64,000 nt of DNA from Candidatus Woesearchaeota archaeon (GCA_964540065.1 CAZIKY010000003.1:9186-73185), one strand, 5' to 3'. Positions 8,783 to 18,693 are shown, counted from the stretch's first letter. Notes: generated from the letters alone by a model not told the origin. A program made the numbers and translations.

Positions 8783-10285
8783 ATGTCAAAGAGGCTGATT
8801 TTAATAGCAGTTATCTTAGCCTTTTCTTTAGCACTTCTAAACCCCGTCAGCGCAGAAGACAAGAACGTCTATACGACTCTGACATTAGACATAAAAGAAG
8901 ACCTAACATTTGATTTTAGCTACTCTGTAGACTTCGACTCCGATGATTGGTTTAACATAAAAAGAACCTTTTTCATAAACAAAGAATATTCCAACGTTCG
9001 GATATACGACAGCGAACGCCGGCTCAAAATAGTAGATCAATATGAAGATGAGAGGAACAATAATTATGTTCATACGATAGATTATGGGAAGAGTGAGGGA
9101 CGTAAGAGGTTATACATCAATGCCACCGGAAAGTTATATGACAAGGGCACTGGGATATACCACTGGGATGCAGGGTTTTATTCCGGCGCAGGATTGATAC
9201 TGAATTCTTTAGAAAAAAGAAAAGTCATATTGAGGTATCCAAGATCGATGAAATTTATATCTGCTTCAGGAGATGGATTAGAGAGTGTAAGGGAGGGGCT
9301 GGGATTCACCGAATTAAATTACGGGCCGGAAGTTTCAGGATTAATATTCACACTATCAGATAAAGAGGTTTATGACAGCCTTCTAAGGTTAGAAAGTGGG
9401 AAGAATGTGTTTTTTGTCCAAAATGACTCCTTGTTGGAGCAATTAGCCCTAGAATCAATAGATGGCTTGAAGTTCATAATGGATTTCCCAAGGGAAGGAA
9501 AGGTTTATGTCCTTTTTGATGAGCGCGACAATGAAATAGCAGAATACGAAAGAAACAGGGTTGTTTTTGTCAACAAATCCTATCTCGAGAGCAGGCCGCG
9601 GGACAAGGTTATTTCAACAGTCCTCCATGAGCTGACACATTATGCGGTTGTAGAAAAATGGGCAAAGTACTATCCCGAATGGCTTGATGAAGGCGTGGCA
9701 GTTTATACGGAAATAAAATTCTTAGATGAAGCATATTACAAAGCTAATCGATCTTTCGAGGATTACTATTGGGACGATAAAAAGATAGAAAAGGAGATAC
9801 TTTATGAGTGGTATGGAAAAGGAGAGTACTTGGAAGAGCTTGACCCTTCAGAATTCGAGTTCAAGTACGACTATTACGGCTTCCTGATAAACTATTTTGC
9901 AAAGACTTATGGAGAAGACAGGCTGAGATATGCCCTTTCTGAAATCCAAAGAAGGATCGATAAATCTTTTATAGACCCAGATCTGAAATATGATCCTGAA
10001 GCTACGACTGAAGAGGTTTTCGTAGAATTGACTGGAAGCAAAGAAAACTTATTCTTCCCCAAGAGAAGCCTTTTCTTAAATGATAAAGAGGCCTTCGATA
10101 GGGAATTCCGCGAGTTTTATGTTATCCCCGAAGAGATAGATGTAATAAGAAGTGAAGATTCCACTTGGGGACAAAGGATGCTGGAAAGAATAATCGGCGT
10201 TGCATTTTTAGCAGGATTAATTTGGCTCCTTGTTAAATTAGTCAAATGGTTAAAAAGAAAGGTCAAAAGGCTAAAAGCCAAATAG
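8783..10285 (+). CDS. Secreted, C-terminally anchored Zn metallopeptidase (gluzincin-like)
   Basis: Signal peptide (PVSA/ED), HELTH followed by WLDEGVAVY, C-terminal TM helix and basic tail. Confidence 0.8.
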   Translation: MSKRLILIAVILAFSLALLNPVSAEDKNVYTTLTLDIKEDLTFDFSYSVDFDSDDWFNIKRTFFINKEYSNVRIYDSERRLKIVDQYEDERNNNYVHTIDYGKSEGRKRLYINATGKLYDKGTGIYHWDAGFYSGAGLILNSLEKRKVILRYPRSMKFISASGDGLESVREGLGFTELNYGPEVSGLIFTLSDKEVYDSLLRLESGKNVFFVQNDSLLEQLALESIDGLKFIMDFPREGKVYVLFDERDNEIAEYERNRVVFVNKSYLESRPRDKVISTVLHELTHYAVVEKWAKYYPEWLDEGVAVYTEIKFLDEAYYKANRSFEDYYWDDKKIEKEILYEWYGKGEYLEELDPSEFEFKYDYYGFLINYFAKTYGEDRLRYALSEIQRRIDKSFIDPDLKYDPEATTEEVFVELTGSKENLFFPKRSLFLNDKEAFDREFREFYVIPEEIDVIRSEDSTWGQRMLERIIGVAFLAGLIWLLVKLVKWLKRKVKRLKAK

Positions 10286-10329
10286 CAGGATTTATAAACC
10301 ATCAAAATAGACCCTAGTTGTACACGATA

Positions 10330-10380
10330 AAAAGAATAGGAAAAAACTATTGCTTATTCTTTTGATTGGGGTTCCCCAAT
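10330..10380. promoter_or_regulatory. Two tandem hairpins upstream of the DEAD-box helicase
   Basis: AAAAGAATAGG(10330-10340)/CTTATTCTTTT(10353-10363) and ATTGGG-GTTC-CCCAAT (10365-10380). Confidence 0.5.
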
Positions 10381-10408
10381 TTGTATATAAAATAGTATTA
10401 GCACAAGA

Positions 10409-11839
10409 ATGGAATTTAATGAAATGAAGTTAAGCGAAGAGCTATTAGCTTCGCTCAAAAAGCACGGAATTTTAAGTCCGACAAAGATTCAGGAGTCTTC
10501 AATCCCTATAATCATGGAAGGGAGAGACATGCAGGCTCAGTCTGAAACCGGCTCTGGAAAGACTCTTGCATTTGGAATACCTATTATGGAAAAGGCTGCA
10601 AAAGGCGGAGGCCTTCAAGCGCTTATTATTTCTCCAACAAGAGAGCTTGCAAAGCAGATCGCAAATGAGTTCCACAAATTCGGGCAGAACAGACTGCATG
10701 TTACGACAGTATATGGTGGAATCTCGATAGAGCCGCAAATAAAAGATGTCAGGAGATGTGAAGTAGTTGTTGGAACTCCTGGAAGAATCTTGGATTTATT
10801 GAGCAGGGACAGCCTCGACTTATCAAAGCTAAAATGGCTCGTTCTGGATGAAGCAGACAGAATGTTAGATATGGGTTTCATAGAAGATGTTGAAAAGATA
10901 ATCTCTCAAACTCCTAAAAACAGGCAGACACTCCTTTTCTCAGCTACACTTGCAAGAGAGATACTTGACTTGAGCAGGAGATACTTAAAAGATCCTGTAG
11001 CAATTGATGTTGAATTGAAAAATACAGACTACCTTCTCAAGCAATTTTATTATGCTGGAAGCAAAGAAGACAAACTTTCAGTCCTAGTCCACATGTTGAA
11101 TCAAGGGCCAAGAAAACTTACAATAGTTTTCGTAAGGACAAAAAGAACAGCAGACTGGCTCTCTGGAATACTGAGAAGGCAGAATGTTAATTCAGTAGCC
11201 CTTCATGGAGACATGTCTCAAAATCAGAGAGAAAGAGCAGTAAGAGATTTCCAAGAAGGAAAATTTGATGTATTAATTGCAACAGATGTTGCGGCAAGGG
11301 GATTGCACATCAACCACGTTTCTCATGTTTACAACTTTGACCTTCCAAACAGCCTTGAAGCATATACCCACAGAATAGGTAGAACAGCAAGGCTTGACAA
11401 GGAAGGAAGTGCGATAACACTTCTGGCAGATGGAGATGACCCTAATGTCTGGGACAAAATAATGAGATTCTATGATGACAAGATACAGAAGCTTGATCTT
11501 GGAGAAGTTCCTAGGTTAAAGCTCGCCCCAAGAAGGCATTACGGGCAAGAAGGAGGCCGTGAAGGAAGGTTCAGACCCTCATTTAGGCATGGCGGAGGAT
11601 ATCAGGGAAGAAGCAGATATCATGGCGGAGGACAAGGCCATAGAAGTCGTGAAGATGGGGAAAAAAGAGAAGGCTTTAGCAGAGGTGGAGGCTTCAGAAA
11701 AAAGAGATTTGGAAGCAAACCTTTTCATTCAAGAAGAGATGGTGGAAGAAGAGATGAAAGAAGGCACGGCCATGGAAAAAGACCTGAAAGAAAGCACGAG
11801 CACAGAGAGAAAAATTATAATTTTGCTCTCAGAGAATAA
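10409..11839 (+). CDS. DEAD-box RNA helicase with R/G/H-rich disordered tail
   Basis: Q motif, ETGSGKT, PTRELA, TPGR, DEAD, SAT, HGD, ARGLHI, HRIGRTAR. Confidence 0.95.
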   Translation: MEFNEMKLSEELLASLKKHGILSPTKIQESSIPIIMEGRDMQAQSETGSGKTLAFGIPIMEKAAKGGGLQALIISPTRELAKQIANEFHKFGQNRLHVTTVYGGISIEPQIKDVRRCEVVVGTPGRILDLLSRDSLDLSKLKWLVLDEADRMLDMGFIEDVEKIISQTPKNRQTLLFSATLAREILDLSRRYLKDPVAIDVELKNTDYLLKQFYYAGSKEDKLSVLVHMLNQGPRKLTIVFVRTKRTADWLSGILRRQNVNSVALHGDMSQNQRERAVRDFQEGKFDVLIATDVAARGLHINHVSHVYNFDLPNSLEAYTHRIGRTARLDKEGSAITLLADGDDPNVWDKIMRFYDDKIQKLDLGEVPRLKLAPRRHYGQEGGREGRFRPSFRHGGGYQGRSRYHGGGQGHRSREDGEKREGFSRGGGFRKKRFGSKPFHSRRDGGRRDERRHGHGKRPERKHEHREKNYNFALRE

Positions 11840-11917
11840 ATAAGATTTATTTCTTCTTAAAATATTTAGTATAACTTTAATATCCGGCAAGAATCCCTGC
11901 CGCACCAGCTATAACTC

Positions 11918-13573
11918 TTATCTCTTCTTTTTCACTTTCTTCATCACAAGGAAATAATAAGCTGCTCCAGCAGCTGCAACAACCAGAATAACTGCGATTA
12001 ATGGCCAAAGGAGGCTGATTTTTTCAGGAGCGGGCTGCTCCTGCACATCTACAATAACAGGTATCTCTGCGATCTTCTGTCCGTTCTGCTTTATCTCCAA
12101 CTTTACTTCTTTTTCTCCGGGTTCCGCATCTTCCTTAACATAAACTTGGGGAACTAAAACTTCTTTTCCTGTTTCTAGATCGGCAACAGTTTTAACTTCC
12201 ACTCGGCCCCAATCAGTATTTCCCCCAATAACTTCTGCGCTGAATCCTTCTTGAGGTTTTCCAGTAGTGACTGTTCTTTTAAAAGTTGAAGCGTCAATCA
12301 TTGGCATAATAGAATATGTTCCGGTATGAACTCCAATACCCTCAAAGACTGCCTGCTCTCCTCCCCCGCTAACAATGTAAACTTTGTTATCGCTTAATTT
12401 TTGTATGCTGAATTCTTCCGGAGCTTCTTCAAAGAATTGTGCATTATAGTATCCATTTCCACTCACAACTGGGGCTTCAAATGCGGGTTTCTCCCCCTCG
12501 GCCCTTCCAAAAAGAGGCCTAAAAGCTCTTTTCTTCGCAAGAATTGCTTCAGCTTCTTCCTGCGGGATAGCCTTTTCAGCAGCTTCCGCAGCGGCAATCT
12601 TTTCTTGAGGAATAAGAAGTGCAGGTTTGTTGCTTATACCTAGCTGAGTAGCCACTTTTTCAAATGTGGCTCCTTCAGATTTTAATGAGATGCTTTTGAA
12701 TTCAGAGATTTTCAACGTAGATTCTTTCACGTTTTGCTTGGCATTCAATTCCATCAAAACCTTATAGGCTTCATTGAATTCATTTACAGCAGATTTATAT
12801 TCTTCATCAATCAAACCCCAGCTTTCAGCTAGTTTTAAGTTAGTGTTCACTTGTTCCAAGCATCTTGCATTCTTTGAGCAGAATGCAGGGTTGCAAACAT
12901 TAATGCTTGGATTTCCCCTACAGATGCGTTTAGCTGCGATATCTGATTTTAATATACTTTCAAAGAGTGAGGAAATTTTTTCCTCTGCTTCTTTCTTAAA
13001 TAATTGCTCCTGAGCACTTAAAGCGGTTTTGGGAGTTTCTTCTGATGTTGAAACAGTAGTAGTTGTAGAACCAATAGAACACTGGCCCTTGCCGGCATCT
13101 GTTCTCCTTCCGTTTATGGTTGTGCTTCCGCTGCATCTATATTTTTCTCCGCTTTCGTCTTCAAAATCCCCTTCATAATCCCAATCATAAGTTGAAGTGA
13201 AGGAGGAGCAATCAGCGGTGAAAATTATTTTGGCTCCCGGGATGGTGGTGTATCCGCCTTCATCCCTGAAGGGTCCGACTCTTCCTATAGAAAGAGTGTT
13301 TCCGCTAAGCATGCCCTGGGTAGATTGTTTATGAACGGTCGCTCTTGCACTTACTCCATTCTCTATTCTGATAGAAACGGTTTCAGTATACTTATCCACC
13401 TCGTCTTCCCCGCAAGCCCTCAGATCATCTGCAACGCTTACAGACCAAGTTGTTGTCCCAGTAGAACTTCCCCATATAGACTGGGCAGAGACAAAAGGAA
13501 ACGAGAAAAATACTAAGAAAATTAAAGTAAAAGTCAAAAATTTAATCTTAAAAGACAATTTATCCTCCCTCAT
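11918..13573 (-). CDS. Secreted cell-surface protein with C-terminal TM anchor
   Basis: Start at ATG 13573 (ATGA overlap with upstream stop), signal peptide ending VSA/Q, C-terminal WPLIAVILVVAAAGAAYYFLVMKKVKKKR. Confidence 0.8.
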   Translation of the reverse strand: MREDKLSFKIKFLTFTLIFLVFFSFPFVSAQSIWGSSTGTTTWSVSVADDLRACGEDEVDKYTETVSIRIENGVSARATVHKQSTQGMLSGNTLSIGRVGPFRDEGGYTTIPGAKIIFTADCSSFTSTYDWDYEGDFEDESGEKYRCSGSTTINGRRTDAGKGQCSIGSTTTTVSTSEETPKTALSAQEQLFKKEAEEKISSLFESILKSDIAAKRICRGNPSINVCNPAFCSKNARCLEQVNTNLKLAESWGLIDEEYKSAVNEFNEAYKVLMELNAKQNVKESTLKISEFKSISLKSEGATFEKVATQLGISNKPALLIPQEKIAAAEAAEKAIPQEEAEAILAKKRAFRPLFGRAEGEKPAFEAPVVSGNGYYNAQFFEEAPEEFSIQKLSDNKVYIVSGGGEQAVFEGIGVHTGTYSIMPMIDASTFKRTVTTGKPQEGFSAEVIGGNTDWGRVEVKTVADLETGKEVLVPQVYVKEDAEPGEKEVKLEIKQNGQKIAEIPVIVDVQEQPAPEKISLLWPLIAVILVVAAAGAAYYFLVMKKVKKKR

Positions 13574-14814
13574 TTTTTCTTTTTCATGAAAAAGAAGTAA
13601 TATCCTGCTCCAGCTGCAAGGACTGCCACCAATAAGACCCAGATCAAAGCAGAGGCTCCTTTTTCCCCAGAAACGACTGCAAAATAACCTGTAACTTTGT
13701 CCGTGTAAGCGACAAATTCGCATTCTGAGCTTTCACAGCTTACAAGCTGAGTTGGAACAGAAACCCAAGTATTTGAAGTTTCATCATATCTGAAAAGTTT
13801 TGTGTTCTCCGAATTATCTACTGCATAACCGGTTAAACCAAAACCCGTAATCTCGAGAGGCTTATCCGTAAAGCTGAAGAACCCTTCGGCATCTTTAACC
13901 TCTGCTGCCCTTACACCAGGAGGAGGAACAATCTTTAATGAAAATGCGTTTTTTGGCAGGCCCTGGGACTCAAGAAGAGAATAATCCGGGATTCCAAGTG
14001 CTTCACCTGCTCCGCTCAGCTCATCTTTCAAAGCCGAGGGATCAAAAACTGCTCCTTCAAGATATTTATTGCTAATTGGAACTCCGGGCACGACAGTTAT
14101 GTCTTTCAAAGGCAAATCTCCCTGGAAGTTTACCTTACTTGGAGTTCCGGCAGGACCATCTTTCAGACGAGCTTCTCTATTTGTCCAAATCTCGTTGAAC
14201 CTTTCTCTTGTGAGTTCTGGAGCCAACTGTTTTGCATTAGCAAAAATTTCATCTAATTTGGCAGGGTTTGGGCTCGCTGTAACTTCGGTTAAAGCTTTTG
14301 AAGAGAGTCTTTGTCTAAGATTTTGCGCTCGATTATCCTGCAAAGCCAGTTGATTGTATGCTTCAGCCAACAATTCTTCCCGAGTCAAAGGCTTTCTAAC
14401 ATCTGCCTCTTCAACCTCTTCAGGCTCCCCAATTTCTACGGGTTTGGTTCCTTGTTCCTTTTTAAAATCGTCGTAGGCAAAACTCTGTATTGTCGGACTC
14501 CTTTCGAAGTAGCTTGTGGCTTCATCTAAGTCTTTGCATATTCCCGTATAATCCCCGTGCTGCTGGAAGCATTCTTCAAAATGCTCGTCCCATAATGCCT
14601 TAAGTCTCTGATCAACTGGAGCCGCAGCCCAATAACAATCACCGGTTCCATCAGTTTCTCTAAGACAGTTTAATATAAGGTCATAAGCCTCTTGAATATC
14701 ATCTGCAAATTGTCCTCCTTCCCAAGCATGCTGGGCAGAAACAAGATTAATAGAAACAGACAAAATAGCAATTAGAATTAAAGATAAACCAAGCCGACTA
14801 AAATTTAACCTCAA
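13570..14814 (-). CDS. Secreted cell-surface protein with PGF-pre-PGF-like domain and C-terminal TM anchor
   Basis: TTG start with GGTGA SD, signal peptide ending VSA/Q, WVSVPTQ...YTDKVTGYFAVV, C-terminal WVLLVAVLAAGAGYYFFFMKKKK. Confidence 0.8.
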   Translation of the reverse strand: MRLNFSRLGLSLILIAILSVSINLVSAQHAWEGGQFADDIQEAYDLILNCLRETDGTGDCYWAAAPVDQRLKALWDEHFEECFQQHGDYTGICKDLDEATSYFERSPTIQSFAYDDFKKEQGTKPVEIGEPEEVEEADVRKPLTREELLAEAYNQLALQDNRAQNLRQRLSSKALTEVTASPNPAKLDEIFANAKQLAPELTRERFNEIWTNREARLKDGPAGTPSKVNFQGDLPLKDITVVPGVPISNKYLEGAVFDPSALKDELSGAGEALGIPDYSLLESQGLPKNAFSLKIVPPPGVRAAEVKDAEGFFSFTDKPLEITGFGLTGYAVDNSENTKLFRYDETSNTWVSVPTQLVSCESSECEFVAYTDKVTGYFAVVSGEKGASALIWVLLVAVLAAGAGYYFFFMKKKK

Positions 14815-14869
14815 TCTATCACCTTATTTTAAACAATTATAACTAATCAATTAGTATTAAAACTAGTAT

Positions 14870-14977
14870 TTAAGCTCTTCGCTCTCTTCTCTTGCGCTTC
14901 TCTTTTCTAAGTCGCTTTCGCTGCCACTTCCAGCGCATTGCCCATCGCTTCTTCCATCTTCGCGAACCGCGTTTCAT
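14870..14977 (-). CDS. rpl41e: Ribosomal protein L41e (eL41/eS32), 35 aa, below ORF-track cutoff
   Basis: Manual translation MKRGSRRWKKRWAMRWKWQRKRLRKEKRKRRERRA; MRWKW core and R/K richness match Thermococcales-type L41e. Confidence 0.85.
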   Translation of the reverse strand: MKRGSRRWKKRWAMRWKWQRKRLRKEKRKRRERRA

Positions 14978-15069
14978 GAAATAGTGTAAAAGTAGCCATA
15001 TTTAAAGCTTCTTATTTGCCCCATTTGAGGCAGGGCAAAGTTTATAAGATTATTTCTATCGGTTAGACT

Positions 15070-16305
15070 ATGAGGAAGCTTACAAAATACGAAAAAGTCT
15101 TCACAAACATAACTAAGAAATATGTAAGACTTTATCCCGAACATTCCTTTAAATTCTACTTCGATGATATCGAGTATCCGGTAATCGGAAAGAGCAAGAA
15201 TGTGGTTTCTGTTAAATTCAAGAAATCTCCTTACCTTTTCAGAAGGATATTCCGGGAAGGCTCGCTTGGCCTCGGAGAAAGCTATTGCGAAGGCCTTATC
15301 GACGTCGCAGATAAAGACTACAAATGGCTTCTTTACATCTTTGTCAGAGCCGCAAATGATGGAAAGCTCATATGGAAGCTCAGCTGGATGGACTTATTCA
15401 GGGTCATGAAGGCAAGGACTGCTGGAAGATTCTTCGCAAGAGAAAGCCAGCATGCAAACATCAACGCCCATTACAGCCTTAGCGATTGGTTTGACAATGA
15501 CGACTACTCAAACCAGTTTTACATGTACTGGCTTGACCATGAAACTTACCAATATTCCTGTGCAAAATGGGATCCTGAAACCAAAGGCCTTGTTGAATCC
15601 GAATTAAATAAGTTCGATTATTACTGCAAACGCCTTGGAATAGACAAAAATTCAAAAGGCAAAACGCTTTTGGACCTTGGATGCGGATGGGGAGGATTCT
15701 CTTATTATGTTGCAGAGAAATACGGCCTCAAAGTTACTGCAATGACACTTTCAACAGCCCAAACAAAATTCATCAAGGATCAGATAAAGAAAAGAAAGCT
15801 TCAGAATAAAATAACCATTCTAAACGAAAATGCCCATAACATGAAAGGGAAGTATGATTACATCGCTTCAATCGGATTGCTTGAGCATATAGATGATTAT
15901 GATGACCTATACAAGAAAGCTTCAAGAGCCTTAAATCCTGGGGGGACAGCATTATTCCATGCAATGTTTAATAAAAATCCATTCTACAAACCGGATCCTT
16001 TCCTTTTGAAATACATTTTCCCTGGAGGAGGAACTCCCAACTTCAAGTCAAATGTAAGGGTCTTCAAAAAATACTTCAAATACGTAGATCCCAAAAGCCT
16101 TCCTCCGCTTTCATATCCAAAAACCCTAGATTGCTGGTACGATCTTTTCTGCAAAAATGAATCTAAGATCAAAAAATTGTTGAAAGAAAAAGGCAAGGTC
16201 AAAAATGTAGATTATGCAACCAGAATCTTCAAGCATTACCTAATGCTTGCTTCAACAGGTTTGGCCGTAAAGGGATATGTTTACAATATTCTTGCTAAAA
16301 ACTAA
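15070..16305 (+). CDS. Cyclopropane-fatty-acyl-phospholipid synthase (Cfa/TmsB)-family SAM methyltransferase
   Basis: LGLGESY, HY..SN.FY..WLD..YQYSCA, LLDLGCGWGG, SIGLLEHI, KYIFPGG. Confidence 0.88.
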   Translation: MRKLTKYEKVFTNITKKYVRLYPEHSFKFYFDDIEYPVIGKSKNVVSVKFKKSPYLFRRIFREGSLGLGESYCEGLIDVADKDYKWLLYIFVRAANDGKLIWKLSWMDLFRVMKARTAGRFFARESQHANINAHYSLSDWFDNDDYSNQFYMYWLDHETYQYSCAKWDPETKGLVESELNKFDYYCKRLGIDKNSKGKTLLDLGCGWGGFSYYVAEKYGLKVTAMTLSTAQTKFIKDQIKKRKLQNKITILNENAHNMKGKYDYIASIGLLEHIDDYDDLYKKASRALNPGGTALFHAMFNKNPFYKPDPFLLKYIFPGGGTPNFKSNVRVFKKYFKYVDPKSLPPLSYPKTLDCWYDLFCKNESKIKKLLKEKGKVKNVDYATRIFKHYLMLASTGLAVKGYVYNILAKN

Positions 16306-16329
16306 TAAGTCGGGTCAAAATTTATTTTC

Positions 16330-17658
16330 ATGGCTACAATAACACTTAAAGAGCATAATCTGAAGAAAGCCCTTCTTCAGAAAGAACTGCAAAAACAAGC
16401 AGGCAATCAAAGCTTAGGGCTCAATAAAAAGACTTCTAATCTTTTCCGGGACAGAAAAGAACCAAAAAAGAAAAAGCTGAATGTCGGGCATTTTAACAGG
16501 GTAATAAATATAGATCCTAAAAACCGAATTGTAGAAACTGAGGGGATGATAACCTACGATGATTTGGTCAAAGAAACCCTTAAGAAAGGTTTCATGCCTG
16601 CAGTCGTCCCTCAACTGAAGACCATAACTATCGGCGGAGCCATTTCAGGCCTCGGAATAGAATCTTCTTCATTCAGAGAAGGCCTCGTGCATGAAGCCGT
16701 AGAAGAGATAGAGGTCCTCTTAAGCGATGGAACCACAGTTGTATGCACCCCAAAGAACAAAAACAAAGACCTGTTCTTGGGCCTTCCGAATTCATATGGC
16801 ACTTTAGGATATGTCTTGAGGCTCAAATCAAAAATAATCCCTGTAAAGAGATTTGTTGAGCTAAACCATCTGAAGTACAGTGATCCGGAGATTTATTTCA
16901 AAGACTTTAAAAGATTCTGCGATGAAAAAAAGCACGATTTTGTTGATGGAGTTATATTCAGCGAAAATGAAATGTACATTACACTGGCAGATTTTATTGA
17001 CAAAGCGCCTTACAAAAGCGACTACAAGCATATGGGCATATATTACAAATCAATAAGAAAAAGGAAAAAAGATTATCTCACAGTCTCTGATTATATCTGG
17101 AGATGGGATCCGGATTGGTTCTGGGGATCAAAAAAATTCGGAATGCAGAACCCTGTTTTGAGGGCAGTTTTCGGAAAACTTATGCTCAGCTCATACTCTT
17201 ACTGGAAAATTATCTCCCTTGCCAAGAAATTTGATCTCGACAAATCAAAAAACAAAGAATCTGTAGTCCAAGATGTCGGAATTCCGATAGAAAAATGCTC
17301 CGAATTCTTAAGGTTCTTCACTAAAAACATCGGGATACTCCCGATTTGGGCGTGCCCATTCAAATCTCCGACTAAAGCCAGATTCACACTGGTGAATACA
17401 GACCATTCAAAGCTTTACATCGACTTCGGATTCTGGGACAGTGTAAAAACTAATAGGGAAGAGGGCTTTTACAACCGTCTTGTTGAAAAGAAAGTGTGGG
17501 AAATGAAGGGCTTGAAATCTCTTTATTCCACTTCGTATTATACTGAAGAGGAATTCTGGAGGATCCATAACAAAAAAAGATATAATTCTTTGAAGAGAAG
17601 GTATGATCCCAATAATAGGCTTAGAAACCTATATGAAAAATGTGTTAAAATGAAATAG
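16330..17658 (+). CDS. FAD-binding oxidoreductase, TmsA/BfaA/Rv3719 (DHCR24-like) family
   Basis: KTSNLFR, VVPQLKTITIGGAISGLGIESSSFR, PNSYGTLGY, DYIWRWDPDWFW, KSLYS. Confidence 0.88.
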   Translation: MATITLKEHNLKKALLQKELQKQAGNQSLGLNKKTSNLFRDRKEPKKKKLNVGHFNRVINIDPKNRIVETEGMITYDDLVKETLKKGFMPAVVPQLKTITIGGAISGLGIESSSFREGLVHEAVEEIEVLLSDGTTVVCTPKNKNKDLFLGLPNSYGTLGYVLRLKSKIIPVKRFVELNHLKYSDPEIYFKDFKRFCDEKKHDFVDGVIFSENEMYITLADFIDKAPYKSDYKHMGIYYKSIRKRKKDYLTVSDYIWRWDPDWFWGSKKFGMQNPVLRAVFGKLMLSSYSYWKIISLAKKFDLDKSKNKESVVQDVGIPIEKCSEFLRFFTKNIGILPIWACPFKSPTKARFTLVNTDHSKLYIDFGFWDSVKTNREEGFYNRLVEKKVWEMKGLKSLYSTSYYTEEEFWRIHNKKRYNSLKRRYDPNNRLRNLYEKCVKMK

Positions 17659-17730
17659 ATTTTATATTTCCTCTAAACATGCCCTGAGCAAACCAACAAA
17701 GCTTATAAACTTCTCAAGAATTTTTGAATC

Positions 17731-18693
17731 ATGAGCGAGTTGTGGACTGAAAAATACAGGCCGAAGGAGTTTTCTGAGCTTTTCGGCCAGGAGGCGATAG
17801 TTTCCAGGGTAGAAGCTTTCGTAAAACAGAAGAATATGCCTCATTTAATGTTCACGGGCCCGGCAGGCACTGGAAAAAGCACTTTGAGCCTAATAACGGT
17901 AAAAAAGCTCTACGGAGACAGCTGGAGATCAAACTACCTCGAGCTTAACGCTTCAGATGAAAGAGGAATTGATGTAGTCAGGGAAAAAATAAAGGGTTTT
18001 GCAAGGACAAGGTCTCTTGACGGATCTTTCAAGATTATTTTTCTTGACGAAGCCGATGCTTTGACCAAAGAGGCGCAGCAGGCCTTGAGAAGGACAATGG
18101 AAATGTTCACTCAAACCTGCAGATTTATCCTTTCGTGCAATTATTCTTCAAAAATAATCGAGCCCATACAAAGCAGATGTGCAGTTTTTAGATTCAGGCA
18201 GCTAGATCAAGAGGCTGTAAATAAAATTGTAAAACATATTGCAGATTCAGAAGGCCTTTCAATAACAGAAGAAATTCCTGAGCTGCTCTTCGATCTGAGC
18301 AGCGGAGACTGCAGAAGGATGATAAATATAATGCAGGCAGCGGCAGTTACAGACAAAAATCTAACAAAAGAGCTTATACTCCAAATAGCCAAGAGCTCAA
18401 AACCCCAAGACATAAAGACAATGTTGGAGGCATCACTAAACGGCAATTTCACTGTTTCAAGAGAATTGATGCTTGATTTGATGCTTGAAAAAAGCATCAA
18501 CGGCATTGAAATGATCAAAAACATCATGGAGGCGATCCCCTCGCTTAAAGTGGATGACAGGATAAAGGTAAAGCTCATAGAAAAATGCGGAGAGGCAGAA
18601 TTCAGGCTAGTAGAAGGAAGCGATGAGTTCATCCAGCTCGAGGCTTTGCTTGCCTCCTTCGTCATGGCCGGCTACAAAAGCAGGCAAGAATAA
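17731..18693 (+). CDS. rfcS: Replication factor C small subunit
   Basis: WTEKYRP, GPAGTGKS, ELNASDERG, DEAD, SRC. Confidence 0.97.
   Translation: MSELWTEKYRPKEFSELFGQEAIVSRVEAFVKQKNMPHLMFTGPAGTGKSTLSLITVKKLYGDSWRSNYLELNASDERGIDVVREKIKGFARTRSLDGSFKIIFLDEADALTKEAQQALRRTMEMFTQTCRFILSCNYSSKIIEPIQSRCAVFRFRQLDQEAVNKIVKHIADSEGLSITEEIPELLFDLSSGDCRRMINIMQAAAVTDKNLTKELILQIAKSSKPQDIKTMLEASLNGNFTVSRELMLDLMLEKSINGIEMIKNIMEAIPSLKVDDRIKVKLIEKCGEAEFRLVEGSDEFIQLEALLASFVMAGYKSRQE

Noticed and set aside
11559-11843. 94-aa alternative-frame E/K-rich ORF in the helicase tail
   Set aside because: By-product of purine-rich low-complexity sequence in the DEAD-box tail
11885-11902. CGGCA/TGCCG hairpin between convergent genes as a small RNA
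   Set aside because: Only about 5-6 bp; at most a terminator-like element
13574-13723. 50-aa N-terminal extension of the 601-aa ORF
   Set aside because: It overlaps the upstream same-strand gene; ATG 13573 gives an ATGA overlap and a clean signal peptide
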